DNA of 64,000 nucleotides from Mustelus asterias (lineage: Eukaryota), in NCBI RefSeq assembly GCF_964213995.1, contig NC_135830.1, positions 12,710,001-12,774,000 of the forward strand, in the 5' to 3' direction. A program made the translations under genes and the position numbers. The notes beneath the pieces are model-generated. The model made no database searches. It saw only the letters and a list, made by a program, of their open reading frames with translations, and was not told the DNA's origin. Below are positions 54,539 through 64,000 of this stretch, in pieces. How positions within the stretch are numbered: position 1 is the first letter of the stretch; each line of letters opens with the position of its first letter.

Positions 54539-54577
54539 GGTTTCTGTACAGCTCTCTCCGTGTTCTGTGTCACTGTG
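54539..54577 (-). promoter_or_regulatory. 23-RSS of the supporting V (CACAGTG-23-ACAGAAACC)
   Basis: Consensus heptamer, 23-nt spacer, 8/9 nonamer. Confidence 0.93.
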
Positions 54578-54883
54578 CTGTGCGCTCACTCAATGCACAG
54601 TAATAAACAGCGGAGTCGCTCAGTTGTACTTTGAAGATCTCTAGCCGGCTGATTTTGACTGAAGAATGGCCATAAATGGAAATTCTGCCCCCGGGAGTGT
54701 TTTCTTTATTCTCCGCTCCTGATGTGTGAGTCTGAAGCAGGTACTTCGGAGCCTGTCCTGGGGACTGACGATACCAGTGTACTGTGTACTGACAGATTCC
54801 TGAATATTCACAGATTAGAGTAACCGTGTCACCGACAGTAGAGGTTTGGAGAAGTGAACTTGGTGACACAGATGAGCTGGAAC
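54578..54883 (-). CDS. NAR-TCR supporting TCRdelta V segment (no functional leader, extra CDR1 Cys)
   Basis: cctgcag|(G)SSSSVSP..VTLICEYSGICQYTVHWYRQSPGQAPKYLL..LSDSAVYYCALS; intact; phase matches the NAR J donor. Confidence 0.9.
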
Positions 54884-54988
54884 CTGCAGGATAGAAATAA
54901 AATGAATTGTTTTTTTTTAGCCACTGTTTAGCCCGGAAAAACTTGGCAATCTGGCCTGTCTGTTGCGGCACTTTATTTCATTGAATTT

Positions 54989-55300
54989 GGGGTTGGCACA
55001 ATGGCACTTCTGTCTCACAGTGTCAGGGAACCAGGTTCTATTCCGGCCTCGGGTCACTGTCTGCCTCGAGTTTGCACGTTCTCCCCGCGTCCGCGTGGGT
55101 TTCCTGCGGGTCCTCCGGTTTCCTCCCACATCTAAAAATGTGCAGGTTAGGTTGATTGGGCATGCTAAATTGACCACAGTCTTCCAGCGGCATTAGCACA
55201 GTAAATGTCTGGGGTTATGGGAATAGGGCCTCTGTTGGGATGCGGTCGATAGAGATTCGATTGGCCGAATGGTCTTCTGTCCTGTCGGGATTCTGTGAAT
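54989..55300 (+). mobile_element. Older HE1-like SINE
   Basis: GGTCACTGTCTGC..GAGTTTGCACGTTCTCCCCG core. Confidence 0.8.
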
Positions 55301-55382
55301 TTGTTTCAAATTGCATTGATTATTGAAAGTAGACAAGCGTAGCAGATCTTCAGGTTTTTTTTCCACAGATAACAACACTCAC

Positions 55383-55437
55383 CTGAAGTTCACTGCGGAA
55401 GGGGCAGTGCTGGGAGAAGCTTTAAATTAACGTTCAA
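55383..55437 (-). pseudogene. Vestigial leader exon of the supporting V
   Basis: TTG-NVNLKLLPALPLPQ*TS-G|gtgagt: no ATG, in-frame TGA, consensus phase-1 donor. Confidence 0.55.
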
Positions 55438-55951
55438 ACGGTAATTGAGGAGGAAAAATACTTCTGGGACAGGGCAAGATTCCACTGACAAGGGGACGAA
55501 AGAAGGGCGAATGCGGACATTGGCAGCACTTTCAAATTACTGACATTATTGACAAAATTATGGGTTTTTTGCGGAATATGACACTATTTTTATTAAATAT
55601 CTGCTAATAAATATATTGGTGAAATATCAAACCAGAAAAATAAATCATAAATGTTCACTCTTCTCGCTGAATCAATTGCTGTCTAGATTTGATTGCCCAA
55701 AGGAAAATGAGGCTTTTTAATGTCCCTGCGCATATCAAGGTTCAGCACAGGGCAGCGATATTGGTCCACACCGATTAATCCGAACGGACAATATATATCT
55801 CTGGGTCGAAGACCGACCATTGGCCGTAGTTCAGCACTGCAAGGTAACTCCTGTCTGCCGTTGGGCTATTTGTCTGTTTCAATCAATCAATTCAATCGTT
55901 TTACTTCTATTAGAAATATTTGCAAGTTGATTTCATATTATTTCTATATCT

Positions 55952-56287
55952 GGGCGGCACGGTAGCACAGTGGTTAGCACTGCTGCTTCACAGCTCCAGG
56001 GTCCCGGGTTCGATTCCCGGCTCGGGTCACTGTCTGTGTGGAGTTTGCACATTCTCCTCGTGTCTGCGTGGGTTTCCTCCGGGTGCTCCGGTTTCCTCCC
56101 ACAGTCCAAAGATGTGTGGGTTAGGTTGATTGGCCAGGTTAAAAATAAAATTGCCCCTTAGAGTCCTGAGATGCGTGGATTAGCGGGTAAATATGTGGGG
56201 GTAGGGCCTGGGTGGGATTGTGGTCGGTGCAGACTCGATGGGCCGAATGGCCTCCTTCTGCACTGTAGGGTTTCTATGATTCTATGA
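55952..56287 (+). mobile_element. HE1 SINE, full length
   Basis: Head and tail as above. Confidence 0.92.
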
Positions 56288-56581
56288 GTTGTTTTCTGTC
56301 TGTTGTGGTTTCGAACCGTCATTGGAACTTGTCCTAATTTCTCTCAGTTGTCGGTTGGGTTCAGCGAGTTCAATTTCCGCAGTGGTTTTATTGTTACTCA
56401 CTGGGAACTGCGTTCAGGGTATATGCGAATTTAAATCCATTTCATCCATTGGCTGACTGTTCTCTGTCCTTTCCGAACAGTCTAACATTTACATTCTACA
56501 CTTTCCACTTACCACGAATAAGCCACTCGGCCCAGCTGGTCGACGCTTGTTCTTGTACATCACTTCTCCTTGTGAACACGT

Positions 56582-56917
56582 GCGGCACGGTAGCACAGTG
56601 GTTAACGTTGCTGCTTCACAGCGCCAGGAACCTGGGTTCGCTTCCCGGCTTGGGACACTGTCTGTGTGGAGTTTGCACATTCTCCTCGTGTCTGCTTGGG
56701 TTCCCTCCGGGCGCTCCGGTTTCATCCCAAAGGTGTACGGGTTAGATTGATTGGCCATGCTAAAAATTGCCCCTTAGTGTCCTGCGATGCGTAGGTTAGA
56801 GGGATTAACGGGTAAATATTTAGGGATATGGGGGTAGGGTCTGGGTGGGATTGTGGTCCGTGCAGACTCGATGGGCCAAATGGCCTGTTTCTGCACTGTA
56901 GGGTTTCTTTCTTTCTA
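56582..56917 (+). mobile_element. HE1 SINE
   Basis: Head and tail as above, (TTTC)n end. Confidence 0.88.
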
Positions 56918-57544
56918 AGAAATAACCATTTACAGCCTGACAGTGTGTCTATCTATTCCTCTCACCCGCTCATATTTTTCAAGCTGTACCATAAATTCAT
57001 CGCGCCGTTTCTCCAAACAAACTCTCATGTGTCTCCGTGTAAATCTACCCAAATGTCTGTTCAGGTAGTAATTTCATGGGTAAATGTCTCCTTGTTCTGG
57101 AGACACAGGTTCGAATGCTGCCTCGACAGCTGGTAGAATTTGACTTCAATAAATAAACAAACCTGGAATTAACTTACCGTTGACCATGAAACAATCATCG
57201 ATTGTTGGAAAATTCCATCTGGTTTCCTTCCTTTAGGGAAGGAAATCTGCCGTCCTTACTTGGTCTGGCCTACACATAGCTGCAGAGACACGGCCATCTG
57301 TTTGACTCTCAACTACTCTCCGAAATGGTCTAGCCAGCCATTGATTTAAAGGGTGACTAATAAATGCTGGCCAGCGAGCGAAACCATGCCACACAAATGA
57401 ATTCAATAAACCTCTCCCACCGGAGGATCAGTTTCTGCACATGTACCTCCTTGAAACAATAACATAATGTTCAATGTTTTTATACTATTCTTTTCATGTC
57501 TTCCTAGCCTCCGGGAGACAAACGGCAATGCTTTTCCAAGCTTT

Positions 57545-57901
57545 CATAGAACATAGATCATAGAACAGCACAGCACAGAACAGGCCCTTCGGCCCACGAT
57601 GTTGTGCCGAGCTTTGTCTGAAACCCAGATCAAGCTATTTCTTCCCTCGCATCCCGAAGTACTCCATGTGCCTATCCAATAGCTTCTTAAATATTCCTAA
57701 AGTTTCTGACTCCACTATCCCTGCAGGCAGTCCATTCCACACCCCAACCACTCTCTGAGTAAAAAACCTACCTCGGACATCCTTCCTATATCTCCCACCA
57801 TGAACCCTATAGTTATGCCCCCTAGTTACCGCTCCATTCACCCGAGGAAATAGTCTTTGAACGTTCACTCTATCTATCCCCTTCATCATCTTATAAACCT
57901 C
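57545..57901 (-). mobile_element. CR1 3' fragment
   Basis: MMKGIDRVNVQRLFPR...FFTQRVVGVWN and tail. Confidence 0.9.
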
Positions 57902-59266
57902 ATAGACATTATTGATTACTTATTTTCTCCGGAATGCAAGAAATTCAATCTGATAATAAGATACATAAGAAATAGACACATGGTAGACCAATCCAACTTG
58001 AGGGCCCGCTGTACAATTCAAGAAGTTTAGTTCTGATCGTCTACCTTAATGCTAACCTATTCCCAAATCCATTCATACCATTAGTATTCAAAAATAAAAT
58101 CTATGGAACGGTTCAGCACTCTCAGCCTCGACACAACCCAATCCCTGAAGGATTGATTATGCTTCAATGAGCACAATGCCATGTTTTTGAAATCGAGAAA
58201 AAATAATGCAAACAGATTGGTCCACCGTTGTCTTTCAATATGTGTAAGAGAATGCAATTCACACTTTTTACAATTCTGTCAAAGCAGAAATGATTGTTGA
58301 TAGGAAGAAAATAAAAATCCGATAGAATATAATTATTTTAGTCACTGATTGTGCAAGAATGAAATGCCAGATTCAACTATAAAATGATCTCTTGAAGCTA
58401 TTTGCGTCATGTTCCCCTTTCCCTGACGCGGCAGGTAAAGGACCAGCCGCTGCAATATTGGGTTATCTCTCCCGGTATCTTATCCACATTTCCTGGAGCA
58501 GAGAGAAATCCTGCGCCCGGTGACTCCGCTCTCTTCCAGTGGAGAGCAGGGAGCAGAGTTCGGAGTGTCTACAATATGCTTTTTATTCATTCATGAGACA
58601 TGGGCAGCATCGCTGGCTGGCTGCCCATCCCTAGTTACCCAGGGGCAGTTGAGAGTCAACCACATTGCTGTGGCTCTGCAGTCACATGCGCGCCGGACCA
58701 GGTAATCACGACAGATTTCCTTCCCTGAAACACATTAGTGAAGCAGATGGGTTTTTCGAACAACCGAGAATGGTTTCATGATCTTCAGTAGATTCTTGAT
58801 TCCAGATACTTATATTGAATTGAAATTCCACCACCTGCCCTCGCGGGATTCACAGAACTTTAGCTGTGTTTTTGAATGAATAGTCCAGCGATAATTCCAC
58901 TTCGCCACCGCCTCCCCTAATGTGCGCTCATTGAAAGCAGTATGGAGAGTGAGAGTGCAGGCTGTTATGAAGATCACCCGATACCTCCCTTAAACCAATA
59001 ATGGTCCAGGAGGGGTCAGCTGAATCTTCTTCCCCGTAGGATACTTGTCATTTGGGGTCTCACACTGCTTCAATCCGTTCTCACAGCCAAACCCGAGTTC
59101 AGTTTATTACCATGTTCCCAAGTCTAAATCTGCAATTGAGAATCTTCCTCTGGAAACCACCCTGCTTTTGAAGCAGAGCATTGAAGTAATACTAAAAACG
59201 AATATAAACTGACGGTGAACACTAACCTGGACAGTCTGTAACACGGAGTGATTTGGAGTCACTTAC

Positions 59267-59319
59267 CGGCTGTGACAGTCATCACAGTCCCAGACCCATC
59301 TGCAAATCTCCATTCTCCC
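59267..59319 (-). CDS. NAR-TCR J segment
   Basis: GEWRFADGSGTVMTVTA-G|gtaagt: GxG-T-x-x-T-V J motif, phase-1 donor, preceded by an RSS. Confidence 0.88.
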
Positions 59320-59358
59320 CACAGTGACACCGCTCTCAGTCAGCCCAATACAAGAATG
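59320..59358 (-). promoter_or_regulatory. 23-RSS of the J (plus strand reads CACAGTG-23-ACAAGAATG)
   Basis: Consensus heptamer abutting the J; 23-nt spacer; no nonamer at 12 nt. Confidence 0.85.
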
Positions 59359-59686
59359 ACTGACACCTCAAACTAACAGCCAGCATTACCGGACACTCAG
59401 CGTTTCTCAATTATTCACGGGACTGGGGTCAATAATGAACATAGATTGCATCAAAAAAATAATTGAATCACACTGTCCTTTGTGATTCTCTGAGCTCCTG
59501 GGAAAATAGAACAAGGGCAGAGATGCAAGGTTATTATTAACGGAGAAAAACCTTAAAGAATGAGAACTGATCGGAGGAAATTACACTGAAATTAAACCAG
59601 GTTGAATTGGGAATAACATCATCCTGACAGCTTAAGTTACCTAAGCTGGGAATTGCTGGGAGTTACTGGGGTTTTTTTTGTCCTTG

Positions 59687-59714
59687 GGTATTTGTCCTTC
59701 TCCATTCCATTGTG
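59687..59714 (-). promoter_or_regulatory. 12-RSS of the NAR V (CACAATG-12-ACAAATACC)
   Basis: Heptamer 59708-59714, spacer 59696-59707, nonamer 59687-59695 (8/9). Confidence 0.85.
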
Positions 59715-60189
59715 GTGTCCTCTGTGTGTAGTACCAGTACTGAGCTTTACAGTAATAGGTGGCTGTGTCTTCAACTCTCATGTCCTGAATTTCCAGTGAA
59801 AATTTCTTTTCTCCTTTAGTCACCGACACAACAAATCTCCCTCCGCTGGAGATCTGCTCCCGCTCTGTCCCTTTCTGGGTTTGTCTGAAAAAATGACCAG
59901 TTTCTAAATCATAAACTCCATGTAAAACACAGGTGATGGTGAGAGACTGACACTCCTTCCTGGTCACGGCTGTCGGACTCTGTGTCACTGACTGACTGAA
60001 CGATCCTGGAAATTAAACACAGAGAGTTTAAGAGACCATCGGAGCTGAACCACACAACTATAGTGTGACAATGTCTGTAAGGGGGGTGGACTGAAGCAGC
60101 TTTATATTCAATCCACACAATGTAGTTTAATGTGATCGGTACTCACGCGATAAATAGACACACACACTGAAAACAAGGAGGACTCTCAT
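59715..60189 (-). CDS. NAR-TCR V (VNAR-like): leader exon 60147-60189, V exon 59715-60005
   Basis: MRVLLVFSVCVYLS-R|..SFSQSVTQSPTAVTRKECQSLTITCVL..EQISSGGRFVVSV..FSLEIQDMRVEDTATYYCKA. CDR2 deletion and ISxGGR motif typical of VNAR; GT-AG intron; open frame. Confidence 0.92.
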
Positions 60190-60499
60190 TGCTCTGCTGC
60201 CTGGAGCTGATGGTTTATATGGCGGGGAGCTGGAGACTGCAGTGCTGGACTGCTCTGGTAGACCGGATCGCAGAGATGAATTGAAATACTTCAGATCCGA
60301 ACATCGGCAAATTAGGCCACGCCCACAGTTTAAAATAAAAGTCAAGGATTGTAATGGGGAATCCAGTTCTGAACTTTCAGTCGAAATTCCAGGCAGCGAG
60401 AGCCCAAACGCTCATCAGGTGACCAACAGTTGTGCTTGAAATGCTCTACTTGGTCTCGAGTACATTATTTATGTTTTTTAATTCAGGCGATGCCAGCAG

Positions 60500-60865
60500 A
60501 AATTTCCAATCTCTAATTTATCTTCATAAGGTGGAGGTGAACTGCCTTCTTGAACGGTTGCAGTCTCTGTCGTGTATGTACACCCACAGCGCGATTAGGG
60601 AGGGAATTCTAGAATATTTACAGAGACCGAGGGACAGTGAAGGAACGGAGGAAATGCCCGAGTCTGGATAATGGCAGTGTTCGCGTTTCGTTCTAGATTG
60701 CAGCTGTTTTGTGTTTGAAATGTAGCGCCTAAGGAGGCTTAGTGAGTTCCCGTAGATTAGAATATCATGAAAATGGTATACACGGCTGCCACTGTGCATC
60801 GGTGGTGGAGGGAGTGAATACTTGTAGAAGAGCTACCAGTCAAACAGGGCTGCTATGGCCTGGAT
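60500..60865 (-). mobile_element. Degenerate LINE fragment
   Basis: AAGGTGGAGGTGAACTGCCTTCTTGAAC..GCAGTC motif also seen at ~34670-34710 and ~47100-47150; strand tentative. Confidence 0.5.
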
Positions 60866-61309
60866 GAGACTTCCTGCAAATTGGAATCTCATTGTGCGAC
60901 GTCGGAAACACCTCCTTTGTCTCAGAAAGAAGGGCAACTTCACTGGAGGCGCATCCTGCTAATTTTACTTTTATTCAGACCAGCAAACTCAGTCTACACT
61001 CCTTATGAAAGAGAGGCAAATAACGGCTGGTCGGATCAACTAGACAGGCCCACTACACAGATATTTACTTGAAGGCAACAGGATCTTTAGGGGGATTCTA
61101 ACAGTTCGATTGTAGCTCGCCTTCTGGAACAGCTCAAAGTCGGAGAGGAATTCAATTCTGAGAGAACAGAAGTATCCACGAATTTCGTGGTTTCCGTTTT
61201 GATTCTTCTTCTGAAGTTCGGTGAGTCGTTTAGCTCGCATTAGAATGAAGTTTTGTGTCTAACAATTGAATGACGGTTGGATATAGAAACTGAAGGGAGC
61301 TAGGCGGCC

Positions 61310-61970
61310 ATTATAGTGAATAAAAGAGCATGGATAGATGGATTGATGGACGGAGAGACAGTAGTATCGATGGATGACGGAGGGATGCGCGTTTTGATTG
61401 TCCATTCACTTTGATTGCAGTGAAGTTTACAGCAACGTCCAGTAGTTAAACAATGAGTTATTGAAGGGAAAGAAGAATTGCATTGTGCTTCCAAAACGTT
61501 GAGTGTGTTCGTTCAAATTGCACTTTAAGAGAAAGATATAGAATTTTGCCCTCTATTGATAGGAAGTGTATAAATACAAAAAGTTAAATGTTAAATTATC
61601 TTCATCGATAATCAGACCTTGCTTGAAGTGTGTCAACCAAGAGAAGGAGAGCGTTAATGCTTCGAATCCATATGTCCTATCTATAGAATCTGAATAAAAG
61701 TCATATGGACCCATCGGTAATGTTAGGTCTATTTATGTCTTCCCAGATGCTGCCAGACCTGCGGGGTTTAGCCAGCAAGTTTTGTTTGATATGTTGCTTG
61801 AAGCGCAAGCAGATTTCATGGTAACTATCAAAGAGGAAACTGGATGAATATTTGATGGAAATACATTTCCAGGGCGAGCGGAAAGAGCAGTGGGTACGGG
61901 CAAATGAGAACTTTATCATCTGTCAGCACAGGCAAAATAGTCCGAATGTTCTCGTTCTTTGCTGTATAAT
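61310..61970 (+). mobile_element. Highly degenerate CR1 fragment
   Basis: Residual similarity to the CR1 RT and 3' regions. Confidence 0.5.
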
Positions 61971-62056
61971 TCAATGCTTCTTTGTTGAGGAGAATGAATG
62001 CTTACTGAGGTCCCCCACATTTAAACATATGTTTATTTTCTGGTTACCATTTGACG

Positions 62057-62364
62057 GACTATGTTATTCTGATACTGTTAAGCAAACTGCACCGTCAGTA
62101 TCATGCTTGGAGCAAGAACGCATGGTGTTGCCCTGTTCATGCTCCTTCGACAGCCGCCAATCTGACCTGCTCTGGTACCGACAAAAACCGAGGGAGAAGC
62201 CGGTATTTTTAATCAAAAAGAAATCGGAGGGAGAAGCAGAGAAAGCTGAGCGTGTGGGAGACCGATTTTCTTCAACACTCCGAGTATCTGATCGTTTCTT
62301 CAGTTTAACCCTGACAGATATGCAGCTGAGTGACGGTGGTGTGTATTATTTTGCGCTGAACATT
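62057..62364 (+). pseudogene. TCR delta/alpha-type V pseudogene
   Basis: DTVKQT..LPCS..LLWYRQKP..DRFS..LSDGGVYYFAL: second Cys replaced by Phe (TTT); acceptor reads CG not AG at 62055-62056; no leader found. Confidence 0.85.
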
Positions 62365-62403
62365 CACAGTGATACAAACTGATACACGCGCCGAACAGAA
62401 GCT
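62365..62403 (+). promoter_or_regulatory. 23-RSS (CACAGTG-23-ACAGAAGCT)
   Basis: Consensus heptamer and 23-nt spacer. Confidence 0.87.
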
Positions 62404-62753
62404 ACCACTGGGTTGCAACATTACCCGAGTGACAGGGGTTTAGTTGGTAAACTCTGAACCTTCATCTCTGGCAGCAGCAGAATCAGATGTCGACCGTATT
62501 CTGCTGGGCGATTCTGATCGGAAATAAAGAGTTAATCGATGTAAAAAGGCAATTCTGAATGATTGAGTTCCTGACAAAATAGAGTGAGAGAAAGGCAAGG
62601 GAAAATAAAAAGGAAGAGAGAACGGCAGCGAAAATAAAGGAGCAGAAGGCCGTGAGACACAAGGAGCTAGCGCGTTGGACGCAACAATTGAAGCAGAGAG
62701 CTCAAGAAAGACTGTCTGAGAGTTAGAATCAGGAAAAAAGAAAAGAAAGTAAA

Positions 62754-64000
62754 AGTCTTTGGCATTGATCTTTGCGTCCTCCCTGTCCACGGGGGTGGTG
62801 CCAGAGGACTGGAGAGTGACGAATGTGGTTCCTCTGTTTAAGAAAGGGAATAGAAATGATGCTGGTAATTATAGGCCGGTTAGTCTTATTTCGGTGGTCG
62901 GTAAGTTGATGGAAAATGTCCTTAGGGATAGGATTTACGACCATTTAGAAAGATGCAGCTTAATCCGGGATAGTCAGCACGGATTTGTGAAGGGCAAGTC
63001 TTGCCTCACAAATTTGATAGAATTTTTTGAGGAGGTAACTAAGTGTGTTGATGAAGGTAGTGCAGTTGATGTCATATACATGGATTTTAGTAAGGCGTTT
63101 GATAAAGTCCCCCACGGTCGGCTTATGAAGAAAGTAAGGATGTGTGGGATAGAGGGAAGTTTGGCCGATTGGATAGGTAACTGGCTATCTAACAGAAGAC
63201 AGAGGGTGGTGGTGGATGGAAAATTTTTGGACTGGAAACCGGTTACCAGCGGAGTGCCACAGGGATCAGTGCTTGGTCCTCTGCTATTTGTAATTTTTAT
63301 AAATGACTTGGAGGAGGGGGCTGAAGGGTGGATCAGTAAATTTGCTGATGACACCAAGATTGGTGGAGTAGTGGATGAGGTGGAGGGCTGTTGTAGGCTT
63401 CTAAGAGATATAGATAGGATGCAGAGCTGGGCTGAAAAATGGCAAATGGAGTTTAACCCTGACAAATGCGAGGTGATTCATTTAGGTAGGACAAATTTAA
63501 ATGTGGATTACATGGTCAAAGGTAGGGTTCTGAAGAATGTGGAGGAACAGAGAGATCTTGGGGTTCATATCCACAGATCTCTGAAGGTTGCTACGCAAGT
63601 GGATAGAGCCGTGAAGAAGGCCTATAGCGTGTTGGCGTTCATTAACAGGGGATTTGAGTTTAAGAGCCGTGGGGTTATGCTGCAACTGTACAGGACCTTG
63701 GTGAGACCACATTTGGAATATTGTGTGCAGTTCTGGTCACCTCACTACAAGAAGGATGTGGAGAAACTGGAAAGAGTGCAAAGGAGATTTACCAGGATGC
63801 TGCCTGGTTTGGAGGGTAGGTCTTATGAGGAAAGGTTGAGGGAACATCGGCTTTTCCCTTTGGAGCGGAGGAGGTTGAGAGGAGACTTGATAGAGGTTTA
63901 CAAGATAATGAGGGGGATAGATAGAGTGAACGTTCAAAGACTATTTCCTCGGGTGAATGGAGCGGTAACTAGGGGGCATAACTATAGGGTTCATGGTGGG
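62754..64000 (+). mobile_element. Young CR1 ORF2 (RT region), runs off the window end
   Basis: Very similar to 20411-21828 and 23349-27278; RT motifs present. Confidence 0.93.

Noticed and set aside
41375-56605. CACAGTG heptamers in HE1 SINE heads as RSS
   Set aside because: They are part of the tRNA-derived A-box region; no nonamer at 12 or 23 nt and no adjacent gene segment.
60214-60219. TATAAA upstream of the NAR V leader as its promoter
   Set aside because: Only ~25-30 nt from the ATG, leaving almost no 5' UTR; plausible but not supportable without TSS data.
20547-63937. Antisense ORFs such as MSLCSLQQPSTSSTTPP..
   Set aside because: Shadow frames on the opposite strand of CR1 reverse transcriptase.

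Overview
Cartilaginous-fish (shark) genomic DNA, inferred from HE1-type SINEs, CR1 LINEs with (TTCTATG)n tails and a VNAR-like V gene. The first ~28 kb is a 31-bp G-rich satellite array with recurrent fold-back inversions, a 6,357-bp-offset duplication and at least six CR1 insertions. The remainder looks like part of a TCR alpha/delta-type locus. On the minus strand is a NAR-TCR cassette: leader (60147-60189), VNAR-like V (59715-60005), J (59267-59319) and a leaderless supporting TCRdelta V (54578-54883). Two conventional TCR V pseudogenes lie on the plus strand (31.4 kb, 62.1 kb), and an intact two-exon GPR139/142-like GPCR lies at 34095-36276. Main unusual points: (i) the NAR V has a 12-RSS facing a 23-RSS J with no D between them, suggesting a germline-joined VD; (ii) an open-frame pair of Ig heavy-chain transmembrane exons (43535-43812), with no CH exons seen, lies downstream of the cassette on the same strand and is in frame with the NAR J splice donor; (iii) a dead leader exon remains upstream of the supporting V; (iv) the supporting V has a tandemly duplicated 23-RSS. 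No D-delta, J-delta or C-delta was found in the window. All family assignments are by eye, not from database searches.
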